Below are positions 24,897 to 33,525 of a DNA stretch of 57,032 nt, piece by piece. The notes beneath the pieces are model-generated. The model saw only the letters and a list, made by a program, of their open reading frames with translations. It ran no database searches and was not told where the DNA came from. Each line of letters begins with the position of its first letter. Position 1 is the first letter of the stretch. The stretch is from positions 1 through 57,032 of IMG/VR virus record IMGVR_UViG_3300017963_000310. The stretch is one strand, 5' to 3'. The translations under genes were made by a program, and so were the position numbers. This stretch comes from a virus (taxonomy: Duplodnaviria > Caudoviricetes).

Positions 24897-26123
24897 TTAC
24901 TCCTCCTGCTCAATCGCGCGCCGTTCGGCTAACTCCCACAGGGCGCGGCGCAGTACTAGCTGATCGCGAACACAAAAGCCGTCGATATACAATGTGCTGG
25001 CTTGCCTTAACGCGTGCTCTATCTCGTCCGCAGTAACTGGGCTATACTCACCGCCCACGTGCGGGTCTGGGTGGTTATACCGTAGTTCACGACGACGCTG
25101 CATAAAGGTTAGTGCCTTGACCTGGGCCCACAGGGTCTGGCGCTCCTCGACCAGGCTGGCCCCGATGGCCCGCCACTCCTGCAGCTCCCACAGAGCCCGC
25201 TGTACAAGGGGGCGTTGGGGTTCAGGAAAATAGTCGTCGAGGGTTTTTAGCAGCATGTCGACAGAGGTCGGGTAGAGGGGTAAGTAGGTCTCGTCCAGGC
25301 CAGCGTCAGGCCGTAGGTAGCGGGGTGCAATCAGTGGCGGGGGGTCGAAGCCCTGTAGCAAGGCCGACTGGTGCGCGGCTTTTTCTTCCAGGCGCTCGTT
25401 GTCAGCCAGCAGGTCGTCGCGCTCGGCCTCTAACGCTTCTAACGTGGCCAGCAGCTCGTCATGCTGCCGGTGCAGGTCGTAGATCCGGTTTTCCATCCCG
25501 GTGATGGTGGAGCGGTGTGTTTCCTCCGCTACCTGGTACTTGGTCAAGCTACTCTGCAGATCGGCGATCGTGATAAGTAGCCTCTCTCTGACCGGCTGCG
25601 AGTCGGCAGTCTCCTGCTGGGCGATACGCAGCGCTTGCAGCTCCCACAGCGCACGCTGCACGATGGACCGGCGATCGGGGCGCTCGATGCACCACCACAA
25701 CACCTGGTCGATCTCGTTTTCGCCCACGCGCAGGTACTCGCCGGGCGGCGGTACGTCCCACGGCACGCGGCGCTCGGGCGGGGGCAGGTGTTCGGTGCCA
25801 GGCTGTGGGTCGTCCGACAGGGTGGTGTACGCACCTAGCTGCCGGGCCCGCTGTTCCAGGTGGGCCTCGTCCCAGGCGCTATCGTAGGGCAGCTGATCCG
25901 CTTCACGCTGGCGTTGGTGCCATCCACGCCGTAGCCCATCGGGCCACTCAGGCAAGCGGTCGTCCCACGATTTAAGGGGCGGCAGCCTGCGCTCGGTGTC
26001 AGCGGACAGGTTGGCTACCTGGTCGAGCACCTCCTCTTCGGTTTCGGCGGGCACCGCGGGGCGCGGCAGGCCAAGGCTCTCGGCCATTTCGGCCAGGGCC
26101 ACACTCAAACGGTAATAGGTCAT
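24897..26123 (-). CDS. Coiled-coil protein with three internal RALWEL modules
   Basis: IVQRALWELQALR, LVQRALWELQEWR, VLRRALWELAERR. Confidence 0.7.
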   Translation of the reverse strand: MTYYRLSVALAEMAESLGLPRPAVPAETEEEVLDQVANLSADTERRLPPLKSWDDRLPEWPDGLRRGWHQRQREADQLPYDSAWDEAHLEQRARQLGAYTTLSDDPQPGTEHLPPPERRVPWDVPPPGEYLRVGENEIDQVLWWCIERPDRRSIVQRALWELQALRIAQQETADSQPVRERLLITIADLQSSLTKYQVAEETHRSTITGMENRIYDLHRQHDELLATLEALEAERDDLLADNERLEEKAAHQSALLQGFDPPPLIAPRYLRPDAGLDETYLPLYPTSVDMLLKTLDDYFPEPQRPLVQRALWELQEWRAIGASLVEERQTLWAQVKALTFMQRRRELRYNHPDPHVGGEYSPVTADEIEHALRQASTLYIDGFCVRDQLVLRRALWELAERRAIEQEE

Positions 26124-26404
26124 GCGTCACTCTCCGGGTCTAGGCTGTTCCATAGGGGCGGGCGGTGGGCGTTAAGCTCGGCCTCGGCGTGCAGGCGGCG
26201 GTTATACCGTCGCAGGCTGTCGGCTTTGTTTTGCAGGCGGTCGACCTGCTGTTTCAAGTCGCGGACTTGTTTCTCTAGGGCGCTGGCCTGGTAGCGGGCG
26301 TCTTGCAGGGCAGCTACCAATACGAGCGTGGTCTCAGGCGGCATCGTACCGCCTGCTTCCAAGAACGCGCGCCAATACGCCAGGTCGTGCTCATTCTGTA
26401 TCAA
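26120..26404 (-). CDS. Small coiled-coil protein
   Basis: LEKQVRDLKQQVDRLQNKADSL; GGAGG RBS. Confidence 0.6.
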   Translation of the reverse strand: MIQNEHDLAYWRAFLEAGGTMPPETTLVLVAALQDARYQASALEKQVRDLKQQVDRLQNKADSLRRYNRRLHAEAELNAHRPPLWNSLDPESDA

Positions 26405-26708
26405 TGCCGTGCCTCCAGGGGACGTACCGCAGGTTATAGGCGGCCAGGTTGAAGCGATCGCCGTCTCGATGTCGGACCACCACCATCTCGCCCAGCGGCG
26501 GCGGCGGTAGAAAGGCTTGCGCCACTAGCCAGCGGGCCCGCAGCAGCACCGGCTGGCCGGTCTCGTCGGGCAGCTGTACCGCCACTTCGTCGCGCGTGAT
26601 GCACGGGATGATGGCCAGGGGCGGGCGGCCCGGGACTAAACGCCGGATCTCGCCGGTGTCGCTTACTTCGTGCCGCGGGAAACCGCGGATCGGTCGCCAA
26701 ACGGGCAT
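26391..26708 (-). CDS. NUMOD4/HNH homing-endonuclease-like protein, probably truncated
   Basis: WRPIRGF..EVSDTGEIR (NUMOD4); LVAQAFL..VRHRDGDRFN..NLRYV (HNH); ends just after. Confidence 0.75.
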   Translation of the reverse strand: MPVWRPIRGFPRHEVSDTGEIRRLVPGRPPLAIIPCITRDEVAVQLPDETGQPVLLRARWLVAQAFLPPPPLGEMVVVRHRDGDRFNLAAYNLRYVPWRHGIDTE

Positions 26709-26727
26709 GGTCTCACCTCCTGGTCCC

Positions 26728-26770
26728 ATTAAATCACAGGCCGGGCCGCCTGTCCATGGTACCTTAGTAC
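26728..26770 (-). promoter_or_regulatory. Leftward promoter TGGACA-17-TTTAAT with GTAC-CTTA-GTAC operator at the start of the left arm
   Basis: -10 at 26728-33, -35 at 26751-56, GTAC at 26759 and 26767. Confidence 0.75.
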
Positions 26771-26892
26771 TGTTGACGTCAGGCGCTCGTCACCCGCCGT
26801 TTTGGTTAGAATCCTCTAACCGAAGCAAACCGGTTTCAAACGAGCTAAAGGTGAGGTAAGATGATCACTTTTGGTGCTCATGCTCAACGGGG

Positions 26893-27124
26893 TTGAGCTC
26901 ATACTCAACAAAGACGAGGGGAACGAGGGCGGTTGGGTATGAGCTCAACTGTCTCGGATTGAGCTCATACCCAACAGCGTCGGAGAGGACGGTTGGGTAT
27001 GAGCTCAACTATGCTCAGATTGAGCTCATACCCAACGGGGTTGAGCTCATACCCAACGCTCGTTCCCCTCAGAGAGCGGGGTTGGGTATGAGCTCAAGGG
27101 GGTCAGATTGAGCTCATACCCAAC
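26893..27124. repeat. Eight copies of 17-mer TTGAGCTCATACCCAAC in mixed orientation
   Basis: F 26893 (one mismatch), R 26932, F 26959, R 26992, F 27020, F 27041, R 27081, F 27108. Confidence 0.95.
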
Positions 27125-27229
27125 CCGAGGGACCTACAAGCGAGGGGTGAGCACGGGCCCCGCGGACCCTTTAGGGGTCCGGGGCTCGTGGCTCACTCTC
27201 GACTAGGCGATATTAACGAAGGCGTTATC

Positions 27230-27258
27230 TTGACAGATTAGCTAAGCCGTGATTTAAT
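27230..27258 (+). promoter_or_regulatory. Rightward promoter TTGACA-17-TTTAAT for the morphogenesis arm
   Basis: TTGACA 27230-35, TTTAAT 27253-58; no GTAC operator, but TAACG-N4-CGTTA lies just upstream. Confidence 0.75.
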
Positions 27259-27367
27259 GGAGGTGGCATGGGTGACTGATCAGCGGCGGCCTGTGCGCAA
27301 GACCTCCTGGATGGTGGGCGGCTTTGGTTATTTCCAGCCGCCCACTACACTAGACGGGGAGTAGGGG

Positions 27368-28051
27368 ATGCCAGGACTTCTGGCGGGCGTACAACAAGAG
27401 GGCGAGACGAGTAACGCAGTACTAGCATGTAACGACTGGCTACGCATGGGACCGGGCCGGTCTTTTGCTGTGTTAAACCAGCGCTACAACGACATGCCTC
27501 GGTCACAATCCCCCACCCAATCGCTAGATACTCTACATCGTTGGTCGTCCAATAACGACTGGGCGCGGCGGGCCCAGCTGTTTGACCAGCGGTGGGACGA
27601 CATTAAGACCGAAGCGTACCAACAAGAGATGGAGACCGGGCTGGCGCTGGCCAACGAGCGCGTGCGAAAGCTAAAACGGCTGGCACACGTCCTAGAAGGG
27701 CAGATGTACGAGCGCGGGCCGGTCGACGAGACCGGAGAGCGACCGTTCGTTAACCTGTGGCTGACCGAGCACAAGATGACAGGACCGGGCCGCGACGCCC
27801 AGCTGGTGGTGTCTAAACGGCGGTTTAACGCCGCCCTGGTGGCGCAATATCTGGCCACCCTCAACGATTTGGCGCGCGAGACCGGGGGCAGGACGACAAC
27901 GCATGACCATAGCATCTCAGGCCGACTCGACAGCGCTCCTCTCGTCACTCCCGAGGGATACACTGACAGCCTGGCTAAGCTCGTTGAAACCCTCGGAGCT
28001 GTGCTACCTTCAGGCGGTAATGGACGGGACGGCGCTATGGGTGCCTCGTAG
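27368..28051 (+). CDS. terS: Terminase small subunit
   Basis: MGPGRS..LHRWSSNNDWARRAQLFD HTH-type motif; position before TerL. Confidence 0.75.
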   Translation: MPGLLAGVQQEGETSNAVLACNDWLRMGPGRSFAVLNQRYNDMPRSQSPTQSLDTLHRWSSNNDWARRAQLFDQRWDDIKTEAYQQEMETGLALANERVRKLKRLAHVLEGQMYERGPVDETGERPFVNLWLTEHKMTGPGRDAQLVVSKRRFNAALVAQYLATLNDLARETGGRTTTHDHSISGRLDSAPLVTPEGYTDSLAKLVETLGAVLPSGGNGRDGAMGAS

Positions 28052-29432
28052 CGTCCCCCAGTGGGCGGCGGTACTGTCGCCTGCTGATGAGTTGTTTTAT
28101 GGTGGGGCGGCTGGTGGTGGCAAAACCGATCTATCGTTGGCGCTCGGGCTGTTCGCCCATCGCCGGGCCATCATCTTTCGACGTGAGTACACCCAGTTTC
28201 GAGATGTGATCGACCGGGGCAACGAGCTCCTCTCACATCTCGGCATTAGCTTTAACGCGCTGCGGGCGCGATGGGAGCTACCCAACGGGGCGTGGTTAGA
28301 ACTCGGGGCGGTGGACCATCCCAAGGACCTTAACAAGTATAAAGGGCGGCCCCACGATCTGATCGCGATAGATGAGGCGGCGGATATGCCCGAGTGGTGG
28401 GTCCGGTTTCTGAGCGCGTGGAAGCGCACCACGGACCCCAACCAGCGCACCCGTACTCTACTATGCGGCAACCCACCCACAGACAGCCAGGGCGAGTGGA
28501 TCATCCAGTATTTTGCTCCGTGGTTGGACGAGGACCACCCCAACCCAGCCAAGCCAGGTGAACTACGCTGGTTCGTGGCGATGGATGGCAAAGACCACGA
28601 GGTCGAGGGACCAGAACCCGTGGCGCACAAGGGCGAGAGCCTGCAGCCGATCTCTCGTTCCTTTATACCGGCCCTGTTGAAGGATAACCCGTTCTTACGC
28701 AACACCGGCTACGAGGGCGTGCTACAGGCTTTGCCCGAACCGTTGCGCAGCAAGCTACTGTTCGGTGATTTCGGCGCGGCGGCCATACCGAACCCGTGGC
28801 AGGTCATCCCCACCGAGTGGGTCAAGCTGGCCCAGGCCCGGTATAAGCGGGGCAAACGACCGGATTTAGCGCTGCGGGCGGTCGGGCTGGACGTGTCGCG
28901 CGGGGGCAAGGATCACACCGTAGCAGCGCGGCTATACCATGAGTGGTTCGAGACCGACGCTTGGCCGGGGGTCGAGATCAAGGACGGGCCCGCGGCAGCT
29001 GACCGGACGATCGCGCTACTGATGAACGACGGGCCCGCACCAATCGGGGTGGATGTGATTGGGTGGGGATCAAGCGCGTTCGACTTCCTGGTGTTTCACG
29101 GCATGGATGCCTACCCGGTCAACGTCAGCGACGGCACCACCGAGACGGACTCGACTGGGAAGTTTCGGTTTGCCAACATACGGGCGTTGATGCATTGGCG
29201 GATGAGAGAGGCGCTGGACCCCAACGGGCCACACGCCATCGCCCTGCCTCCAGGTCGGCGGATACGCACCGACCTATGCGCGGCCCGGTACACCGTGATC
29301 AAGTCGGGCATTAAGATCGAGAGTAAAGAGGCGATCGTGGACCGGCTGAAATACTCGCCTGACTGGGGCGACGCGATCATGCTAGCGTGGTACATCGCCC
29401 ACCACAGCGCACCCGGGATTAGCTTTAGCTAG
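27903..29432 (+). CDS. terL: Terminase large subunit
   Basis: YGGAAGGGKT Walker A, IAIDEA Walker B, GNPP, GLDVSRGGKD, SPDWGDA; start could also be ATG at 28020. Confidence 0.93.
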   Translation: MTIASQADSTALLSSLPRDTLTAWLSSLKPSELCYLQAVMDGTALWVPRSVPQWAAVLSPADELFYGGAAGGGKTDLSLALGLFAHRRAIIFRREYTQFRDVIDRGNELLSHLGISFNALRARWELPNGAWLELGAVDHPKDLNKYKGRPHDLIAIDEAADMPEWWVRFLSAWKRTTDPNQRTRTLLCGNPPTDSQGEWIIQYFAPWLDEDHPNPAKPGELRWFVAMDGKDHEVEGPEPVAHKGESLQPISRSFIPALLKDNPFLRNTGYEGVLQALPEPLRSKLLFGDFGAAAIPNPWQVIPTEWVKLAQARYKRGKRPDLALRAVGLDVSRGGKDHTVAARLYHEWFETDAWPGVEIKDGPAAADRTIALLMNDGPAPIGVDVIGWGSSAFDFLVFHGMDAYPVNVSDGTTETDSTGKFRFANIRALMHWRMREALDPNGPHAIALPPGRRIRTDLCAARYTVIKSGIKIESKEAIVDRLKYSPDWGDAIMLAWYIAHHSAPGISFS

Positions 29433-31823
29433 GTGACTATGCAGCTCTTACGGCGGTTTAGACGGCAGACTCTTCCTTCTCAGGCGCACCTGTACGCGGT
29501 GGGCCCCAGCGGCATACAGCCTTTTCGCAACGACCGAGGCAACCCGTTAACCGACGCGTTTCATGGTATCCTTAGCGAGAACGGCGACAACGAGTTCACT
29601 CGCAACGACCGAGGATATGCCCGGGCGTATAAAGCTTCGGGCTGGGCCTTCCGGTGTGTGATGACGCGGGCCCGGACGCTGGCCTCGATACCGATCATAG
29701 TGCAGGACGAGAACGGTAACGAGCTGCCCACCCACCCCATGCACCGCCTGTTAAAGTACAGCAGGCGACTGATGGACACGACCGAGCGCGACCTGCTGGT
29801 GTTTGGCCGGGCGTACTGGTCGATGGGCCTACGGAACGGGGTTAGCTCGGCCCGTCGTCTTAACCCGCAAACGATGTACAACCGGGCGGGGGTTAAGGGG
29901 CTGGAGGGTTTCTACCAGGAGATCGACGGCGTGTGTACGGGTAACTGGGCCCCGCATGAGATGAGCTATTTCTGGGATTACGACCCGGACGACGATTTTA
30001 ACGGCGTAGCCCCGCTGTCGTACACGCTGTCGGCGGTAGGCGTGACGCTCAACGTCTCGGCCTTTGCCGAGTACTATTTTAAGAACGGGGCGTTCCCCTC
30101 CGGTATCTTGGTTTCGGAGACCAGGCTGAGCGACCCCGACCGCGAACGGGTGCTGGCCGAGTGGCGGGCTAAGTTCCAGGGGTTGGACAACTCACACGGC
30201 ACCGCCCTGTTGGAAAAGGGCCGGATCACCTATCAACCGTTGACGCCACCGTTGAACGAGCTGGCCATGGTGGAGCTCTCAGAGGAAAAGCGGCGCGACA
30301 TCGCCGGGCCGCTGGGCGTGCCACCGGTGATAGCCGGTATTACGGACGCGGCTAACTTTGCGACGGCACAAGAGCAGCGGCTAAGCTTCTACACCGAAAC
30401 ACTGCTGCCCGAGCTGGACTTCATACTCGACACGCTAAACACCCAGGTTATGCCGTTGCACGGGGTGGGCCGGTTGATGTACGATGTCAGTATGCTGGAC
30501 GTAATGCAAGAAGACAAGACCGAGCTTACCACGCGCAACCAGGCCGCGGTGGGGGCGGGCTACATGAGCGTCAATGAGGCCCGGCAGCGCGAGGGGCTCG
30601 ATCCGCTGCAGAGTGATTTCTTCTTGATCGGCGGCCAACCGATAGACCGGGTTTCGGTAGAGGCGGGGGATTTCTCCTCTCTGGAGCAGTTGGCCCCGAG
30701 CGGCTTTCCTTTCTCCTTGACGGGGTTAACTGGGAGCGATCCCCCGCGCGTTTTGGAGCTACCTGCCCCGGCAGCACCAGCAGACCGCCAGCGCGTGATA
30801 GTAAGCGACACGTTGGCGCTCGACCTGCGGCGCTGGCAACGCAAGATCGAACGCTTGGGGGCCGACACACCGTTCTATCCGGACTATCTGCCGTCTACCA
30901 TTACCGGCTGGCTGCGCATGGACCTGGCCGCGTGGGATGGTGAAACCGACCGGGACGAGTGGGTGCGGGCGGCGTTTCAGTGGGCCGGGGCGCTGGTACG
31001 GGCTGAAGAGCCAGACACCACGCCGGAGGAGTTCGAACGCTTCTGGCGCGACATCGAAGCCCACTATGAGCAGCTGATTGCCGAGTGGGACGATCTGTGG
31101 GACGTCAACACGCAGATGATCGCCGGGCTGCTGCAGCAAGGCGCGGACATGACGACCATTAGCGCAGCGCTGGACCGGTCCGAAGAGCCCATGGTCGATC
31201 TGCTGGTTGGCACCGAAGAGCAACCCGGGCCGATAGCCAAAATCTTTATCGCGGGCACCATCCGCGGGCAAGAGCTGCTAGACGGCGAAGAGGCCAGCGC
31301 CGAGGTGCTGCGTAGCAGCCTGGGCATCGATTGGGACCTCGTCGCGCAGCTTAGCACGCAGTGGGGCCGGAGGCGGGTGGGCAGCCAGATACGTGGGATC
31401 AACAAGACCACTATCCGGCTGTTAGAGGAAAAGATCGTCGACTGGGTTGAGCGTGGCGGGACACTAGAGCAGTTTGCCGACTGGATACTGGGCAAGCTAC
31501 CGTTATTAGACATCCCCGAGGGTTGGAGCGCGGGCAAGGCTGAGTGGGCGCTAAGCCGAGCCCGTGCCCGCCTGATTGCTCAGACCGAGACGACGGCGGC
31601 ATTTTTTGAGGGCAACGTAGCCCGGTGGCAGCAGGTAGGGGTCACGCGGGGGACGTGGCGCACACAGCGCGAGAAGCGGGTCTGCAAGGACATCTGCCGT
31701 CCGCTGCACAACCAGGTCGGCGAGTTAGTGACGGGCTGGACTCACCCAGATAACGGTAAGCTGTACCGGCCTCCAGCCCACCCGGGGTGCCGCTGTTTCG
31801 CGGCCCCTAAGCGTGATGGCTAA
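29433..31823 (+). CDS. HK97-type portal protein fused to MuF-like head morphogenesis domain
   Basis: YFKNGAFPSGIL, DIAGPLGVPP, MSVNEARQREGLDP; C-term RARLIAQTET, RVC..C.PLH, PPAHPGCRC. Confidence 0.88.
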   Translation: MTMQLLRRFRRQTLPSQAHLYAVGPSGIQPFRNDRGNPLTDAFHGILSENGDNEFTRNDRGYARAYKASGWAFRCVMTRARTLASIPIIVQDENGNELPTHPMHRLLKYSRRLMDTTERDLLVFGRAYWSMGLRNGVSSARRLNPQTMYNRAGVKGLEGFYQEIDGVCTGNWAPHEMSYFWDYDPDDDFNGVAPLSYTLSAVGVTLNVSAFAEYYFKNGAFPSGILVSETRLSDPDRERVLAEWRAKFQGLDNSHGTALLEKGRITYQPLTPPLNELAMVELSEEKRRDIAGPLGVPPVIAGITDAANFATAQEQRLSFYTETLLPELDFILDTLNTQVMPLHGVGRLMYDVSMLDVMQEDKTELTTRNQAAVGAGYMSVNEARQREGLDPLQSDFFLIGGQPIDRVSVEAGDFSSLEQLAPSGFPFSLTGLTGSDPPRVLELPAPAAPADRQRVIVSDTLALDLRRWQRKIERLGADTPFYPDYLPSTITGWLRMDLAAWDGETDRDEWVRAAFQWAGALVRAEEPDTTPEEFERFWRDIEAHYEQLIAEWDDLWDVNTQMIAGLLQQGADMTTISAALDRSEEPMVDLLVGTEEQPGPIAKIFIAGTIRGQELLDGEEASAEVLRSSLGIDWDLVAQLSTQWGRRRVGSQIRGINKTTIRLLEEKIVDWVERGGTLEQFADWILGKLPLLDIPEGWSAGKAEWALSRARARLIAQTETTAAFFEGNVARWQQVGVTRGTWRTQREKRVCKDICRPLHNQVGELVTGWTHPDNGKLYRPPAHPGCRCFAAPKRDG

Positions 31824-32382
31824 AGCGTCGCTCGACCTGCGGCCCCATCGCCGGGTACAGCAGGCTATCAAGCAGCTGACCATTGGCCAGGCGGCTACCG
31901 AGGTGCTGCGGTACGCGGGTAACGACGTCGGGGTGGCTTTCGACGAGTTCGTGCGAAAGCAGCTACCGCCTAATGTGGTGCCCGGACGGCAGGCGCACCT
32001 ATGGACTAAGAAGCAAATGGCTTGGTGGTGGGCTACGATGCACGCTAAGGCCCAGGGGCTGTCGGACGCATTACCAGGTTGGACGGCTGAGTACAGGCGG
32101 ATCGACGGGGTCAAGACGCTGGTTATTAGCGGGTCGTATAAGCGCACGGGCTTAATGGTGCGATCGTTACACCACGCGGTAACAGCTGGGCCCCGGGGCG
32201 TAGATGTACAGTATGGGACGGCGGTTAAGTACGCGCGCCGGGTGATAAGCAAGGAGCACCAGGCTGAGTACCACCGGGGCAACTGGCCCGTGTTAGAGGA
32301 CCTGCTGTTCCAGTACGCGCCCGAGGCCCGCCGTGTCTTCGAGAACACGTTAACTGCCGAGATACAGCGGCGGCTAAACTAG
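31813..32382 (+). CDS. Putative virion morphogenesis/neck protein
   Basis: YKRTGLMVRSL, YGTAVKYA motif resembling gp10/gpG-type proteins. Confidence 0.55.
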   Translation: MMAKASLDLRPHRRVQQAIKQLTIGQAATEVLRYAGNDVGVAFDEFVRKQLPPNVVPGRQAHLWTKKQMAWWWATMHAKAQGLSDALPGWTAEYRRIDGVKTLVISGSYKRTGLMVRSLHHAVTAGPRGVDVQYGTAVKYARRVISKEHQAEYHRGNWPVLEDLLFQYAPEARRVFENTLTAEIQRRLN

Positions 32383-32438
32383 CCTATTCTGGGCGCTGGC
32401 TCGGCTGGCCCCAGAATGGGCCAGGACGACATTTGGAC

Positions 32439-32778
32439 GAACGGTTGTTCTATCACAGAATGTAGAACGGTTGTTCTAACGAATGGACTAGGACGACATT
32501 CTGGGCTTGGTTCAAAATAGGCCAGGGCGACATTTAGAAGAACGGCTGTTCTAACGGAAAATGGAGAGGGCGGCTTTGACCAAGAACGCTCGTTCTACGA
32601 AAAACCGAGGGGTTCTGAACCATAGAACATCTGTTCTATGCTCGACAAATCGCAGAACACCTGTTCTTGGTGGTTGGGCCGGGCTTGATTTTGGCCTTGG
32701 CTGTGTTTGGTTTTAAGCGAGGCCGGGCGTTATTCTTAAAGAACGCCTGTTCTACAACAAAGTGCAGAACTAGCGTTC
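32439..32778. promoter_or_regulatory. Array of eight GAAC-N4-GTTC (LexA/SOS box-like) palindromes
   Basis: 32439, 32465, 32540, 32584, 32625, 32655, 32741, 32767; seven are AGAAC-N4-GTTCT. Confidence 0.8.
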
Positions 32779-32793
32779 TATGCGAGGGACAGT

Positions 32794-33099
32794 ATGACGG
32801 TACCGACGATCTATAACGAGACGCTGGCGGTGGCAGACCAGGAGTACGACGTCACGCTGCCTGCCAACACGCTGCGGTATGACATCCAGTGCCGGGACGC
32901 GCAGGTGGTGCGGTTTGCTTTTGAGACTGGCAAAGTAGCCACCCCAACGGAGCCCTACGCCACACTAAAGGCGGGGAGCAGTTTCGCTTCGGACCATCTG
33001 CCGCAGCGTATCGCGGTGGTGGATGCGGGTATTGTTTTGTATTTCGCCTCATCGACAGCGGGCGCGGTGGTCGAGGTCATCGCTCACCCCAGAACGTAA
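32794..33099 (+). CDS. Small beta-rich putative virion protein
   Basis: 101-aa ORF with GAGGG RBS in the head region. Confidence 0.65.
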   Translation: MTVPTIYNETLAVADQEYDVTLPANTLRYDIQCRDAQVVRFAFETGKVATPTEPYATLKAGSSFASDHLPQRIAVVDAGIVLYFASSTAGAVVEVIAHPRT

Positions 33100-33111
33100 A
33101 GGAGCGCAACT

Positions 33112-33516
33112 ATGCCGTGGAGCGGCGGGGGTAGTGGTGGTGCGGACGGCGCGGTTAGCGTTGAGCGTAAGACCACCTCGGTTACAATGACGATCGCCAG
33201 CGGGGCGTCGCTTAGCGACGCCATCGATATGAGCGCGTACGCCAGCGGGGAAATCATCATGCCTGCTGCCTGGACGGCAGCGGACATTGGGGCGCACACC
33301 AGCGACGCCCAAGCGGGGACATACCAGCCGAAGTACGACCGGTATAACGAGCTGTCTGCTGATGTTAGCATCGACGGACCAGCAGCCGCGCGCAACTATA
33401 TCATCCCACAGGACTGGTTCAGCGCGCAGTGGCTAAAGTTATGGTCGCACGACGGGACCGGCAGCAACACCAACCAAGGCGGGGACCGGTCGATTACCCT
33501 GCTCCTTAAATCGTAG
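33112..33516 (+). CDS. Putative virion structural protein
   Basis: TIASGASLSDAID..IIMPAAWTAADI; AAGGAG RBS. Confidence 0.65.
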   Translation: MPWSGGGSGGADGAVSVERKTTSVTMTIASGASLSDAIDMSAYASGEIIMPAAWTAADIGAHTSDAQAGTYQPKYDRYNELSADVSIDGPAAARNYIIPQDWFSAQWLKLWSHDGTGSNTNQGGDRSITLLLKS

Positions 33517-33525
33517 GAGGGCACT

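Noticed and set aside
459-26859. Numerous plus-strand ORFs in the left arm (and minus-strand ORFs in the right arm)
   Set aside because: They are antisense shadows of GC-rich genes, lacking RBS and recognisable motifs.
26893-27124. CRISPR mini-array, or the 72-aa ORF 26893..27111
   Set aside because: Repeats are 17 bp, in both orientations and irregularly spaced; the ORF is just the translated repeat.
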